Origin: Prorocentrum cordatum
Taxonomy: Eukaryota
Direction of reading: 5' to 3'
NCBI GenBank assembly: GCA_963575745.1
Contig: CAUYUJ010000128.1
Coordinates: forward strand, 62,001 to 117,903
DNA length: 55,903 nt
Each line of letters opens with the position of its first letter. Within the stretch, counting starts at the first letter, position 1. Shown one piece after another: positions 35,420-47,800 of the stretch. The translations under genes and the position numbers were made by a program. The notes under the pieces are model-generated. The model searched no databases. It saw only the letters and a program-made list of their open reading frames with translations, and was not told where the DNA came from.

Positions 35420-36220
35420 CGAGGCGCGCGCCGCGGCTCGCCGCGCTGTCCGCCCCCCGCCGTCGGCGAGGGGCAGTGGGGCTCGTCGGGGATGGTGGTT
35501 GCTGGGGCTGCGCTCGGCGAGGCTGCGGCTAGAGTCAGAGTGCCGCGACCAGTTCCAGCGCTTCCTGGAGTGGGCGTGCCAGCAGCAGCTCCGCGGCCAG
35601 CGGTCGTCCGATGCCGAGAGCGCCGTGGTGGAGATGCCGAACCAGACGCATTGCGGCGGCTGGGCGTCGAACGCGGCTTCGAGGGCACGCCTGCCCTTGT
35701 CGAAGGCTGCGGCGCGCCTTGTGGCCGAGCTGCTGATGGACCAGGGGGGCTGTCTCGTCGGCGCGGCCGCCCTCTTCGCCTGCGCCCGCTACTTGAGGCT
35801 GGGCGGGCTCTTGAGGATCCGCGAGGGCGATCTGGCGCCGCCTGCGGGCTCGGAGCGCGCGCTGAGGAAGAAGTGGAGCATCGCCCTCCACCCCCAGGAG
35901 CCGGCGGAGATGTCCGAGGCAGGTGTTGGGGGCGAGACCATCCTGATCGTCGCCGTAGACCCCTTCAAGTTCGTGGAGAGGGTGACGGCGCGGCTCCGCG
36001 GGAGCGGAAGCGCCGCCCAGGTGTTTCCCGTCGCCTACCGCGAGTGGGCCGTGGCGCCCGAGACGGTTGCCGAGGCCGTGGGCCTCATCGGCGAGGCGAC
36101 GCCTGTGCTGTGCGCGCCGAGACACGGCACGGCATCCCACGACGCGATGACGGGCGCCCGCGACGCCAGGGCGATCCAGGACCGAGGGCGCGTGAACCAG
36201 GTGCTGCGGCCGCCGCCCGC
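35420..36220 (+). pseudogene. Tyrosine recombinase, truncated before the catalytic Tyr
   Basis: RYLRLGGLL (box I Arg), WSIALHP, PRHGTASHD..IQDRGR (box II). Confidence 0.75.
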
Positions 36221-36282
36221 CAGCGAGGCGAGGGCGGCCGCCGCCGCCGAGCAGACGACTTCCGCGTGGCTCCTGCCGAGTT

Positions 36283-37094
36283 GATGCGACGCTGGCGGCC
36301 GGGCAGCTTCGCTCGGCTGGGGTTCGCCCTGAAGCTGTTCGAAGGCACGGGCCGCCTGAGCGCGGCTCGGCGTCAGGCCCCGAGGCTTCGCGGTATTCCG
36401 ATCTTTGAGATCAACTCGAGGCACGGACCCCAACGCGATATTCTGCAGAGATCCCTCCAGAGTTTCATCCGAGCTCGTGTTCGAGACGGTTCTCTCCGAG
36501 CCGTGTGGCTCGGTTTGCCTTGCAATAGTTTTAGCACGGGTCGCAATCGGCCCAACGGGCTGGCGACGCTGCGAAATGCTAGTTTCCCTCTGGGCCTGCC
36601 GGGACTGAAACCCTGGGATGAGAATGCCGTCTGTGTCGGGAACGCTCTCGCCGCCTTGTCGGGTGGGCTCCTCGGTCTCGCGAGCCGATGCGGGATGCCG
36701 CTTGCGATCGAGAATCGTGGCCAGAGCTGGGTATGGAACCACTCTGCCCTCTCCCCTGGGTCGCCGTCGTCGCTGTCGTCCTCCTCTGCTCCCCCCTCCT
36801 CCACCCTCGACTTTTTCGTATATTTTTGTCTGGGGGGACTTCCCTGGGGGCAGCGGACTCGGTTTCGTGCCACGAATCTGAACATGGGGCCCGCTGTAAA
36901 ACGTTGCGACGGTCGAGGGCTGTGCGCTCGCTCAGGGGGTTTTCACACATGCAGGTAGAAGGCAAGAATATCGAGGGTACTGTGTACATTGAACTCGCCG
37001 AAGCGTGCCCTCGCAAGCTGTGCTTCCGAATCGCCACATGTTTCAGCACCGTTTTTTTTGACCAGCGCGTACGGAAGGTTCGACCCTATCTGTA
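36283..37094 (+). pseudogene. C5-cytosine DNA methyltransferase-like domain
   Basis: Motif I LKLFEGTG, motif IV WLGLPCNSFS (catalytic Cys retained), motif VI IEN, C-terminal AEACPRKLCFRIA; frameshift near 36940. Confidence 0.75.
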
Positions 37095-37599
37095 GTTTCT
37101 CGGGCCCTTGCTTTTTCCCCGGGGCGGGCCCTTTGTGCCTGGGTCCTGGGGTCGACTGATTTTCGGGTCCTTCGGGTCCGCTCCTGGGCTCGTTTCGGGC
37201 GGCCGCTCTCGCGGCCAAGTCCTGATTGTGCAGTTTGCCTGGTTGTGGATCCGTGTAAGATGCGTCCGATTCAACTCGTTAAATGTTCGGCGTGTGCCGA
37301 ATTCTGCAGAGCACGCGAGCACTTTAACACAGAACTCCCGTGGCCCAGCAGCGCGGCGCATAGCAACGAGATCCTCCTCCTCGTCTTCTTCCTCTCCTCC
37401 TCCTCCTCCTCCTCCTCCTCCTCCTCCTCCACCTCCTCCTCCTCCTCCTCCTCCTCCTCCTCCTCCCCTCCTCCTCCTCCTCCCCCTCCTCCTCCTCCTC
37501 CTCCTCCTCCTCCTCCTCCTCCTCCTCCTCGTCGTTTTCCTCCTCCTCCTCCGCCCTTTCCTTCCCATGGCAGTGGTGGCGGAGAATCGGCCCATCGAG

Positions 37600-37635
37600 G
37601 TGGCCGAGCTGAAGAGCCGCGAGGCGGCCGCGAAG
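37600..37635 (+). CDS. Candidate host-gene micro-exon (VAELKSREAAAK)
   Basis: tcgAG|G acceptor, AAG|GC donor, 36 nt, phase 0. Confidence 0.4.
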
Positions 37636-37999
37636 GCGGGCAGGGCGTCCTCTCTTCGCGCCTGGCGGCGTCGCCCTGTCTCTGGGGGCGCGACGGGGCC
37701 CGCTGCCCGACGGGTCCCACTCCGAGGAGGAGAAGCCAGGGCCACAGATACGGAGGGGAGGGTAGACATAGGGGGGGGGAGGAGGAGGAGCAGGAGGAGG
37801 AGGAGGAGGAGGAGGAGGTGGAGGAGGAGGAGGATAGGATAGGACCGTGGGGCGCCGATCCGTGACAACTCTACTGACTGCAAACTACAATCTGAAAGAG
37901 CGTGCCGCAGAGAGGGGGGTGGCGCCTGGGTTCTCCGTGCGGAGGGCTATCTTGACACGCCGCCGCGCGCTGATCGGCGCCCGTGTGGGGCCGACACAG

Positions 38000-38035
38000 G
38001 CCTGGCGGCGGGCCCAGCAGGCGCGCAGCATTGAG
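38000..38035 (+). CDS. Candidate host-gene micro-exon (AWRRAQQARSIE)
   Basis: cacAG|G acceptor, GAG|GC donor, 36 nt, phase 0. Confidence 0.35.
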
Positions 38036-38578
38036 GCTGCCGCCCTCGGCACCGCCCCCAGCTACCTGCCTGGACGGTGCCGCCCCTTTCCCTTGCCTGG
38101 CGGGCGTGGGCGGGGGAGTGCGATGGCTGGCCCCACTTCGGGAGCCGAAGGAAAGTAAACAGGAGATGGGTAGCAGCAGCAGGCGAGAGGGGAGGAGGCT
38201 CAAGGCCAGGAGGAGCAGGAATCGCAGCAGGAAGAAGAGTAAGGGGGGTGGACGCTTCAGCCAGTCCCGAGACCTGCTGCGCTGCCGATTCACTCAGCAA
38301 CCCTCGGTTCAGGAGCCTCTGAGCGTGGCGACTGGACCTCCAATCAGGGCCCACCCCCAAAGAAACAAAATTGCTGCTAGCACTAGAAGCCTGCTCGACA
38401 CTATCTCTTGAACGAGCCTCCAGGTCAGGCGGAAGTCTGGCGGGCCTAGTGGGAGAGAGCCCGCGAAGACCTCTGGCGACCCCCATTTCGGAAGCAACTC
38501 TAAGTAGCACTTGACCTGGAGTTTCTACAACAGGGGCCCTCACTGCCTCACAAGATCCTGAAGCCGCTGCCGTCACTA

Positions 38579-39269
38579 CTACTTCACCAGATCCAGAAGC
38601 CTCTGAGCCTCCCTCACAAGAACGCCTCGGGGAGCCCCTCCGATCGTTTTCTCTGCACCCTGCTCCACCAGCGCCTCGCGGATGGCCTTGAGAAGGACCA
38701 CCCCGTCGTTCGTCGTCGTGTCCAGAAGGAACTGGATCTTCACCTGCTCGCCCTGCTTGGCGTTCTTGGTCTTGAGCCTCTGTACGCGGCAGTAGCGCAC
38801 CATCTCGTGGAGCTCGTTCGGCGAGGCAGCCTTCATCACCTTCTGGTCCCAGTAGGTCTTCAGCACCTGGCGGCCAGCCTTCAGCGTGTCCCCCTCGCAA
38901 CTCGAGCTGCTCGCCCTTCTTCGCGGCCTCCGCCAGCTTCTGGCGCCGCTCCCCCGCCTCGGTGTTGAAGTTGGCCCCCTCCTCGAGCGTACGCTGGGCC
39001 ACGGCGGCGTCGAGCGGCGTGAGGAATGTGTCGTACACCGCGCCCAGCATCGCCCTCAACTGCGCCTCGTCCGTAAGCACCAGCTTGGCCAGGACCACCA
39101 CGAGCTCCTATAGCGTCTGCTTCTTGTTGGCGCCCTTGGCGCCGCCGACCGCCACGACCTGCTGCGAGCCGACTCCGCGGTCTTCGCCGCCTCGCCTGGG
39201 CTCCTTGTGAGCGGGGCCTCCGTCCCTGCGCCTGCCCATCCAAGCGGGGCGCGCCTGAGACTCTGGCAT
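38579..39269 (-). pseudogene. Uncharacterised ~230-codon ORF downstream of and overlapping the RT tail (stop at 39108-39110, frameshift ~38875)
   Basis: Three ORF fragments join into a coherent protein: MPESQARP..VVVLAKLVLTDEAQLRAMLG..YWDQKV..VRYCRV..GGAPRGVLVREAQRLL. Confidence 0.65.
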
Positions 39270-41740
39270 CAGCTTCGAGTAGCTGCTCGTCAAGATATCT
39301 GTGCTGCTTTCGGTCGTACACCCTCAACACTTGAGGTAAATGACTACTGACATGGTGTTGGTAATCGGGGAGTTCAGATGCATGGTAACCGCATATCTTG
39401 CATAAGAGGTCATCGGGCTCCTGTAGTGGCTCCTGTGAGTGACCCCCTCCAGCATAGCAGCACCCTCGGACCATAGACCCCACCAGATGTCGAGCCGCAG
39501 TCACACGGCAGGAAAACAACTCCAAACAATTCGGGCATTGATTGGTAACACATAAGACATGGCCCAAATAACGTAGGTGGTGATGAAATCGCAGATGATT
39601 GAGGGCCGATTTCTTATCACAAAACTTGGCGTTGCACCTACATCTTCTCCCCAACGTCATACCGTCCTCGCCCTCCTCCTCCTTGAAAACTCCACATATG
39701 CATCTGAACGCGACCCCTTCCACCACCTCCTGCTCGAGAACCTGGTCCAAGGGGGACTCGTACTCAGGGGGCGGGATAGCTACTGTGTGTTGTTTGCGTC
39801 GTAACTGGGTAACGTCGATCTTGCAAAAGTCCCTCCCAAGATTCTTATCCCAGGAGAGAGCGAGGAAAGACCCCTGAAGTCGTGTTAGTAATGTTTCTCC
39901 TTCTTCTAGAGACGAACGCGATTCCAGGTCGGCGTAAAATGTCCTGGCCCACGGGTTAGCAGATGCTGACAAGCGTCCCATGTAATTAAATTGAGGCCGC
40001 TCGTCCGTGGGCAAGGTACCGAACATCGCAGCCAATATCTGCGAGTTCCTGCGAGGAAACTGAACAAATTGGGCAAGCCATCCAAGCCTGCGAATCCTGA
40101 GCTCGGTGAAAGTTGGGACCATGCGCCAGTGCTCGAGCACCTTCGCATTCGACAAGGTCTGCGTGTGCCGTTCGCCTTCAAAGCTGGCACCATGCATTGC
40201 AACGCGACAATACCGAACGATAGCCGAGTCGAGCTTATTGCACTGGCTCTCCGTGACGAGAAAGGTTTCTAGATTAGATATCCCAGCGTTCTGGACCCCC
40301 AGTAGACAAGACCTTTCAAGCCGATGAGGTACCCCAGGAGTAGACCAGAACCTGCCCAAGGAATGATATGCCGACTTTATTGCCACTATTCTCTTGTTGA
40401 TCTCAGGCGCCAGTGCTCCAGAGCTGTGAATATGTGCTCCTAGGACTCGCATGGCGGGACGAACTCCGCCAGAAAAAAAGAGCGTCCCCATCCTTTCGCA
40501 GACGTCGGTTGGCATCCACAGACCCCTTCCCCGTCAGACTAATGATGGTGTTCTGCTTCATAACGTTCTGCTCCCATCCCCCCGTAGATAAGTGCTCATC
40601 TAGTCGTGCGTTGGAAAACTCGTTTATGCTGCTAAGTTCTGCCAACCCTGCGTCTTGCAAAGGAGAGTCGGGACCACCTCCAACATGCAACTTGGTCAGA
40701 TCGTCAGCATACTTAGTGAGACTCAAGTCCATGTGCTGATGCGTGACTGGGCATTCAGCTGCAAGCAGACTCTCCGAGTCAACACAGTCCAAGAGTTGCT
40801 CGCTCCAGCAATCCACTGGAGCAGCATAAGCACGGCCAAAACTTTCTACTGCGTAGGGGTCGCCCATGAGAGCCCCGCACTTGGGCTTCACGAGAAGCCT
40901 CTTGTCCGCAGCTGGCAACTGAATAGTAGCTGATCGTACTCTATCAAGCCCAAAACGCTGATCCTCGGGCTCAAGCAAGAGAGAATTGGCAAGCTCGAGC
41001 GCATCCCAGCTGGTGGACGCGAAAGCGTTGCTGAGGTCCTTGTTGGACCAGCTGGCGGAATAACCTGAAACTCGAAGCCTATGTAGCATACACTGAATAA
41101 CCAACATGGCCCCTTCCTTTCGTCGGCCTCTTGAGAAACCGTAATCCGAAGGTCCCAAGGGAAGCGGTCGCTTCCGGGCAATAGCTGCGGCAAGCCAAGC
41201 TTTTCCCAAGGGGTCGAGAAGGTGAATTACGCGCTTTCCCTTGGGCCCTGGCACCGACGATTTTGGAAGCCCACATCCGAAACTTCTGTTCCAGAGCCGT
41301 GGAAAACGTCCAGCGAAACGAACACACTGAAGGCCCTTATGCAGAGCCGTATACAAAACAGCGGAGTCCAATTCTTTGTCCGCTCCAAGCCCTAGTCGAT
41401 CTGGCGCCAGCCCAAATTCAGGATCAATGACAATCCCCCACAGTTCGCCTGGAAGAGACCATGGCGGGCATGAACGTCTCTTGGGGGCCCTACGAAGATA
41501 ACTACCAATACCAATCATATCTGTCATAGCCTCTACGCTGAATGCGCCATAATAACCGCTCTGGCCCACCTCCTCGCACTCCTCGTCCTCCGCAATCTCC
41601 TCCACCTCCATCCCCCCTCTCGGTCCTTCCAGGGCCCAAACACTCAACCACTCATCAGAAGTTAGCGTGGCACCCTGCATGTGACGATAGCTCCTACCGC
41701 GAGGGCCTCTTCCACGAGATGCCAGTAAGCGAATGAGGCG
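38881..41740 (-). pseudogene. Reverse transcriptase with C-terminal C2H2 zinc fingers; one frameshift at the homopolymer 40473-40479
   Basis: LPKS..KRVIHLLD, YGFSRGRR, KDLSNAFAS, GALMGD, KYADD, RVLGAH..EINKRI; CRCNAKF..LNHLRFHH, QCPNC..ARHL, CKICG..HHVSSH. Confidence 0.9.
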
Positions 41741-41775
41741 GGAGGAGGAGGAGGAGGAGGAGGAGGAGGAGGAGG

Positions 41776-41915
41776 AAAAGGTGCCGATACGGCTACCGTC
41801 GCCTTGTTTTCCCCTTTTCTGGGCCTCCTGGGAGGCCCTCGTCACCACCGCTGGACTCGCCTCGGAATCTCTGTCAAAACGCACCCCAGAAGAAGTCAGG
41901 GAGTGGTCCGGGGCA
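41776..41915 (+). mobile_element. MITE family A copy
   Basis: Starts aaaaggtgccgatacggctac, approximately the reverse complement of the family 3' end seen at 2218-2240. Confidence 0.65.
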
Positions 41916-42669
41916 ACGACAGGGGGGAATGGGCATAGGGGGGGATGCATGAATCCCCAATCGCCCATTGATCGCCGATAGGGGGCCGATAGCCCCCACC
42001 TGCCCAGGAACGGGCAGATTTGCAATCGGGGGCCGATCGCCGATCTATGGACGATGTATCGTCGATTCCAGGTCGATGTCTCCCCCTCGATGCCAGTCCC
42101 CACCTATCGTGGCCCCTCAAGAAGGTGCAGACAGCTCGCATGCCCAGCCCTCGTCTGGTGTACAAAATCACGGCGGGATGTTTTTCGCTACTTTCGGCCG
42201 TCAGGGGCCCTTACCGGGCCTCGGCCCTGTCAACAAAACAATTCCGGACGAAACACCGGTCCGAGGGAAGGGGTCCAGACCTTTGTGGGGGTCGACGTCG
42301 TGACACAAATCACGACGTCGGGGGTTTGGGTGGTCAGGATTGTGAGTTTCTAGGGATATCCTTGCATCCTCCACCTTCGGCGCCAAGCCTTGACCGCTTT
42401 TGCTGGCCGCGCCCCGCTCGCCAGGTGCCAGCATGGCCTCTTAAAGCCCTTGCATTCTTATTTGTCTTCCTTCTTATACGGATTGGCTGTACCGAGCAAC
42501 ACCTCGCATTCGAGCGACATGCAAGAGTAGATCCGAGCTTGCCCAGGGCGGGCTTTTTCGGCCTCACGTTTTTCATTGTTGCACGCCGAGTGGAATATGT
42601 CCACCGCGCCCGCAACAGCTCCTCTGCCGCCTGGAATGTGATTCCATTGGTCCGCAAAAAAACGGATTG

Positions 42670-42806
42670 GCTGTACCGAGACCGCTGCCCGAGCTTCGTT
42701 TTCGCCATTGTGGGTGACGCCTTCTTCGCAACGGCGGGATTCGCCTCGAAATGCTGGTCAGAAGGCGCCCCGGGAGAGGTCCGTGGAGTGACAGTATGGG
42801 CACCTT
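42670..42806 (+). mobile_element. MITE family A copy (diverged)
   Basis: gggattcgcctcgaaatgctggtcagaaggcgccccgggagaggtcc..gtatgggcacctt. Confidence 0.6.
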
Positions 42807-43015
42807 CTGTTTCCCCCCACGCATCAGGTATTAGGTGCTCGTTCGGGGGACCTTTCCTGGGCGCACCCGGCGGATCTCGTCGACCCTGCTTCGACTCAAG
42901 CTCGACACAAGTTCGACGCAAGGAGATGGAGGGTCGACGCAGCAGGAACGCGTGAGTGGAGCGAGTGGCTCCAGGCAGGCCCCCAGTTCGGGCATCTTTC
43001 GGCGACGAGAAAGGC

Positions 43016-43195
43016 GGGGGGGGGGGAATGAGAAGGGGCGGGCCTTCTCAGAAGGCTCCGAAGTCTCCGCGACTTCTGGGAAGTTTTCTGGGTCTCTTCG
43101 GGAGACGCGAAACAACACATCGGAAGGCGCGAGAGAGGTTCTGAGAAATCCCGCCGCCTTCCGAGAAGGCCCTCTCCTTCTCGCTTCCCCCCCCC
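43016..43195. mobile_element. MITE-like inverted repeat element
   Basis: ggggggaatgagaaggggcgggccttctcagaagg ... ccttccgagaaggccctctccttctcgcttcccccc. Confidence 0.7.
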
Positions 43196-44144
43196 TCCCT
43201 CGCTCGCCGGATCTCCTCTCCAGGTGGAGATGGTGCCCTCTCCGTCGGGTGTCCCGGCAGCCCCCGCCCCCCATTCTCGAGCAGGGGTGGACCTAAACGG
43301 TGTTTTGGTAATTTCGTGGGCCGTTGTCGTTTCGACGTCGTTTTGCAGCAAAGGCGAACTCAAGACAAAACGAGGCAAAGCGAACACAACACGAAAACGA
43401 AAAACACCGCTCAGGTCCAGCCCTGTTCTCGAGGCGAGTCTTTGGCAGGCCTGAGGCGCGAGGGGGGGGGGGGGGGGGGGCCCTGGCCGACCGGGGAACA
43501 GCCCGTGCAGGGAAAAGGAAAGCACCGAGGCCGCGGTCCGTCCCTCGCCACGGCCGAATATTGGCCTCGACGTCCTGGTCCCGAAGGAGAGAACGCCATG
43601 AACCTACACGTTGTTCACTTCTAATGCCTCGAAGGTTATTTGATTTTCTGGGGGGCCAAGATCCTCTCATTTCTAATTGTTCTGCCCTGGGCTTCGTCCT
43701 GGCCACTAGGGGGCCAAGAACAACTAGAAACGAGCACAATTAGGAATGAGCACGATTAGAAATGAACGACTTGTAGTCTCGAAGAAGATAATCCGCCATG
43801 AACCTAAACTTTTGGAGCTCCACGCACATCTCTTGTATTCCGCGCAGTCTCCCCCTCCCGGCGGCGCCTCCAGCGCCCCCCATTGGCTCGCTCCGCGCGC
43901 CAGCGAGGGGGGTCCGGCTCAGATTCAGGAGTTCGGCGCGCACCGTCACGAGTTGGTGTCAGCTCCGCTTGATGTTGCTCCACTGTCGGCACGCGCCGCT
44001 GGAGAGGTCCGGGGAGAAACCCCAGAGATCCGACGTCCTGATTCTTCCTAGATGGTGTCCCCCGAAGTCTCGACCCCTTCCCGGGGTCCGGCGTTTAAAC
44101 CTGGGTCGTTTCCGTTCGGGCCCGGGGCCCGGCGGGGGCCCCCA

Positions 44145-44480
44145 GAGTTTGGAGAGAGTGGAGGTTCTGCGTCTCGCGTGTTTGAGTCCGCTGGAGCTCT
44201 GGGGCGCTTCCAGTCGGACGGGGGGCTAGGACGAGCCGCCGGATCTCAGAGATCACCGATTCAAATCCTAACCCGATGTTATCTTCTCGTCCTGGCCTTT
44301 GTCTTAGAACACTTTCGTCTCGACTTTTTGAATACCTTAGAGTTCTGGGGCGGTCCCAGTCGGACGGGGCCAGGACGAGCCGATTATCCTCACCCAATTA
44401 TATCCTCGTCCTGGCCCCGTTTGGGAAAACGTGCGTCTTGACGTTTTAAGTGCCTTGGAGCACTGGGGCGGTCCCAGGGT
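44145..44480. repeat. About 2.5 diverged tandem copies of a ~125-145-bp unit, each full unit containing a hairpin
   Basis: ctggggcg..ccag recurs at ~44199, 44345 and 44463; stems aggacgag...ctcgtcct. Confidence 0.6.
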
Positions 44481-44739
44481 CTGACTTTCCCCTCCTCCTC
44501 CTCCTCCTCCTCCTCCTCCTCCTGCTCCTCGTACCTCCTCCTCCTCCTCCTCCTCCTCCTCCTACTCCTCCTCCTCCTCCTCCCTCCTCTTGCTCCTCCA
44601 ACTCCTTCTCCTCCTCCTCCTCCTCCTCCTCCTCCTCCTCTTCCTCCTCCTCCTCCTCCTCCTCCTCCCTCCTCCTCCTCCTCCTCCTCCGATGGGGAGC
44701 GGCCTGGCAGCACCTGCGGCCTGGCAGCACCTGCGACAG

Positions 44740-44772
44740 GCCAGGGCCTCGGCGGCGGGCGGCGCCGCGGAG
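44740..44772 (+). CDS. Candidate host-gene micro-exon (ARASAAGGAAE..; donor uncertain)
   Basis: gacAG|G acceptor; Ala/Glu-rich frame; possible GAG|GA donor. Confidence 0.3.
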
Positions 44773-44888
44773 GACGCCTTGGCGGACGCGGAGCGGCGCC
44801 CTCGGGGACGGGGACAGCGAAGCACAGCTCCCATCTCGTTCCTCCCCGCCCCTCCCTTTCCCAGGACCCATTCTCGTCGTCATCGTCG

Positions 44889-47800
44889 TCCTCGTGCGTA
44901 CTTCAGAGCGGGTCGTGCTTGCCAGCCAAACTGGCACCACGAACTCGACTGGTCCATGGCACCGCGGGGCAACGCGCATGGGGATCGAGCTCCAAATCAG
45001 ACACAGGCGCAATGGAAGTGCATGGGCAAGCGCGGCGGTTGCCCGAAGTGCACTCCGAGGGCGGAGTGCAGGGCCTATGGGGCCTGCGGTCCGCCCAGTG
45101 TGCTGGCGGCCATCAAGGCGCGCGGGCCCCTCAGCTTCGGAGCGGCCTTTTGGCGCGGCGGAGGACAACGGGGCACGGTCCAGCCGTAAGGCAAGGTCAA
45201 GGCCAAGCTTCAGAGCAGCGCGCGAGGTGCTCAGTGGACCGGCGGCAAGGACTGGAGCGCCCATTTGAAGACGGAGCTCGTGCAGGGAGCTGAAAGGGCA
45301 GCCGCGGGCCGTGGGGAGCCTCAGCCTGGCAGAGCTCCTCGAGGCCACCAGCAAGGGCTGTCCGGCGGGACCCCCCAGGTGCTCAAGCGGAAGGCCGACA
45401 AGAAGAAGCAGGTGGAGAAGGCCAAGCTCCGCGTGGCGGAGCGGGCCCAGGAGCTCGCGGATGCGCAGGAGGCTCACGATGCGGAGCTGCGCCAACTCCG
45501 CGAGCACGACGCGAAGCTCGCCGAGCGCGTGGCCCTGGAGAAGAGCAAGTGCGCGGAGGCGGCGATGGGCCCGGCAGACAAGATTCTGGTCGCCGCGTTC
45601 GACCAGCTCGCGAGGCTCCTCGACGCAGTCGGCCAGGAGGGACCTCGACGCCGTCCGCGCCCAGGCTGCGAAGGTGCGCGAAAAGCTCTTCGCCGCCGAG
45701 AGCGAGGCCGTTGCCGCCAAGGACGGTGCCCCTTTTTTGGCAGCTCCTGGCGCTGCTGGCCCTAGGGCCCACGCGGGCGGCGGCGATGCCAGAGGAGGCA
45801 TAGACGTGGAGGTGCCCGATCTCGATGTCGGCCAGGACCTCGCCGACCTGGCGGTCGATGAGGTCGAAAGGCTGGGCGGCGCCAGGCAAGCCTTCGACCT
45901 GGAGAAGCCCGACGACGTGGCGAAGCCCAAGCGCGTGGCCCCCAGGTTCGTGGACGTGCAAGCCCTGGCTGCCCAGCGGCAGCAGGTTTGACCTGCTGGC
46001 GGCTGGAGTGACCTGCCCGCCAGACGCCTTTTGCCAGGGAGGGAATTCGGCACGACGGACCTCGGCGTATGCTGGGACACCGACGCGTGCGACCTGGAGT
46101 GGCCAGTGTTTGGGCATCCTGAGCTTTTGCAGAGGCCGTCGGGGTGCCCGCGGGCCATCGAGCGCCGCGGGCCTGCGGGCCTGCCCACGGGCCGCCGCTG
46201 GCGCGAGGCTGGGGGGGGCGTGCCGCTGCTGGCGGGGCAGCGCGGGCGGGGCCTCGGCAGCTCAGCCAGAGGGAGGCGCGTTGGCCAGGCGGGGGGGGGG
46301 GCAGGCGGGCAGCTCGCCGAGCGCTCTGAGGCCCCCCCCCCCGAGGCAGGCGCAGCCGCGCCACCGCCCCATGGCGGGCAGCATGGCCAGCGGCGGCCGA
46401 CCGGCACCTGGAGGAGACAGCCAGCAGCGCACCGATGTTGGCCCAGACCTGCCCGAGAGGATGATGCTGGCCATGGCGAATGCCAATTTGTGGGCGAGGG
46501 GTCAGACCTTTCTGGAATGGCGACGCGACAAGAATACCGTCGACGCGATCGGCCTACAGGGGCACCGCCCCCAGCACCCTGCGAGGGTGAGGTCGGCGTC
46601 TGGCTGGGCGCGGCGCGCGCCAGCCGCGGAGACAGGCCCAGGGTCGCTCGACAGATCTGGCGGCGCGGCTGTCACGACGCCGATGGCGGCAGCGAGCGAG
46701 GAGAGGCCCAAGGAATGCAGCGCGCTGGGCCCCCGGGGAGCCCAGGCAGGCAAGCGCGGCGCGGGGCTCGGGGTCCCGATCGTCGTCTTCTCGGCCTACC
46801 TGTTGGGCAGAATCGGGGTCACTGGCGAGAATATTGTGCTGCTCGATGCCCCGCAGGCCTGGGTGGGCGGCCTCGCCTGGCCGCGGGCCATGCTGGCGGA
46901 CTGGCACATCGAGCCAGAGGACCTCGCCAGATGGGCCAAGCAGACGGCGTGAGTTCTGCGCAGACCCTGGAGCCTGACGCGCGGCACGCGGGAGCATGAC
47001 TTCGCCACCATGTCGGGAGCCCTCCCAGGCCGCGCCGGCGCCGTGGAACGCGCTGATTGGCGCGCCGAACTCACCCACCGCCATCGAGCTGAAGGGCCTG
47101 CGCGAGCGGGCCGCGGTCACCAGAGCTGTGTTCCCCAGCCGCCACCCGCTTGCCCTGCCGCTTCCTGTCCAGTCTACCCCGCCTGAGCTCGCCGAGGCGG
47201 AGTGGCCGTGGCAGCTGGGGAGTGGGCCAGGTGACATCGAGTGCGCCTCGAGGCTCTGGTACGCCATGGCGGAGGACTACCTCGACAGGCTGGCCAGGGG
47301 TTCCAGGTCGAGACGATTCCGCTAGTGCTCGGGTGGGAAACCTCGCTGCAGGAGACGACGAGCGCGGGGTGCCGCAAGTGGGCGGGCTCCCTGGCCGCTT
47401 ACAGGAAGGCGGCCACCCTGCGTGGCCACCGGGAGGACATGGGCTCGCAGAGGTTCGCCCGCTTCAAGCGCCAGGCGCGCGCCATGGGGGTCTTCGACTT
47501 CAGCGGCCGCGACTGGCCGTCGGACGGCCCCCCGGCGCACTGGGGCCACTGCGCCATCGCGAACGCGTTCGAGAGGCAGGACCTGCACGTGCACCACGGG
47601 CTCCTAGTGGACCTCCACAACTACGCGGCGACCTTCAGGCGCGTAACAAGCGCAGGCGCAGCAAGGAATGGAGGGGGTAGGCGCAGGAAGCGGCCACCAA
47701 GTCTGGGGGCCAGCGTGCATGCCGCTTCATCAAGGATGGCAGCCTAGTCTCATCGACGGTAGTGGCGCATGGTGGCGACGAGCATGACCCTGGCCTAACT

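Larger units (their letters stand above)
31006..37371 (+). mobile_element. Retroelement 2: decayed DIRS-like tyrosine-recombinase retrotransposon with a C5 methyltransferase
   Basis: Ordered uORF, gag, RT, RNase H, YR and DNMT motifs; bounded by (CCT)n at ~30917-31005 and ~37372-37552. Confidence 0.85.
38250..41740 (-). mobile_element. Retroelement 3: 5'-truncated non-LTR retrotransposon (RT, C2H2 fingers, downstream ORF)
   Basis: Starts directly after the microsatellite at 41742-41775, which reads (CCT)n on its sense strand; 3' boundary approximate. Confidence 0.85.

Noticed and set aside
31006..37371. DIRS terminal inverted or split direct repeats
   Set aside because: Looked for by eye at both ends; none convincing
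37780..37845. (CCTAT)2(CCT)n as the 3' tail of element 3
   Set aside because: A candidate host exon (38000-38035) and an earlier CCT-rich tract lie in between, so the end is more likely near 38250; unresolved
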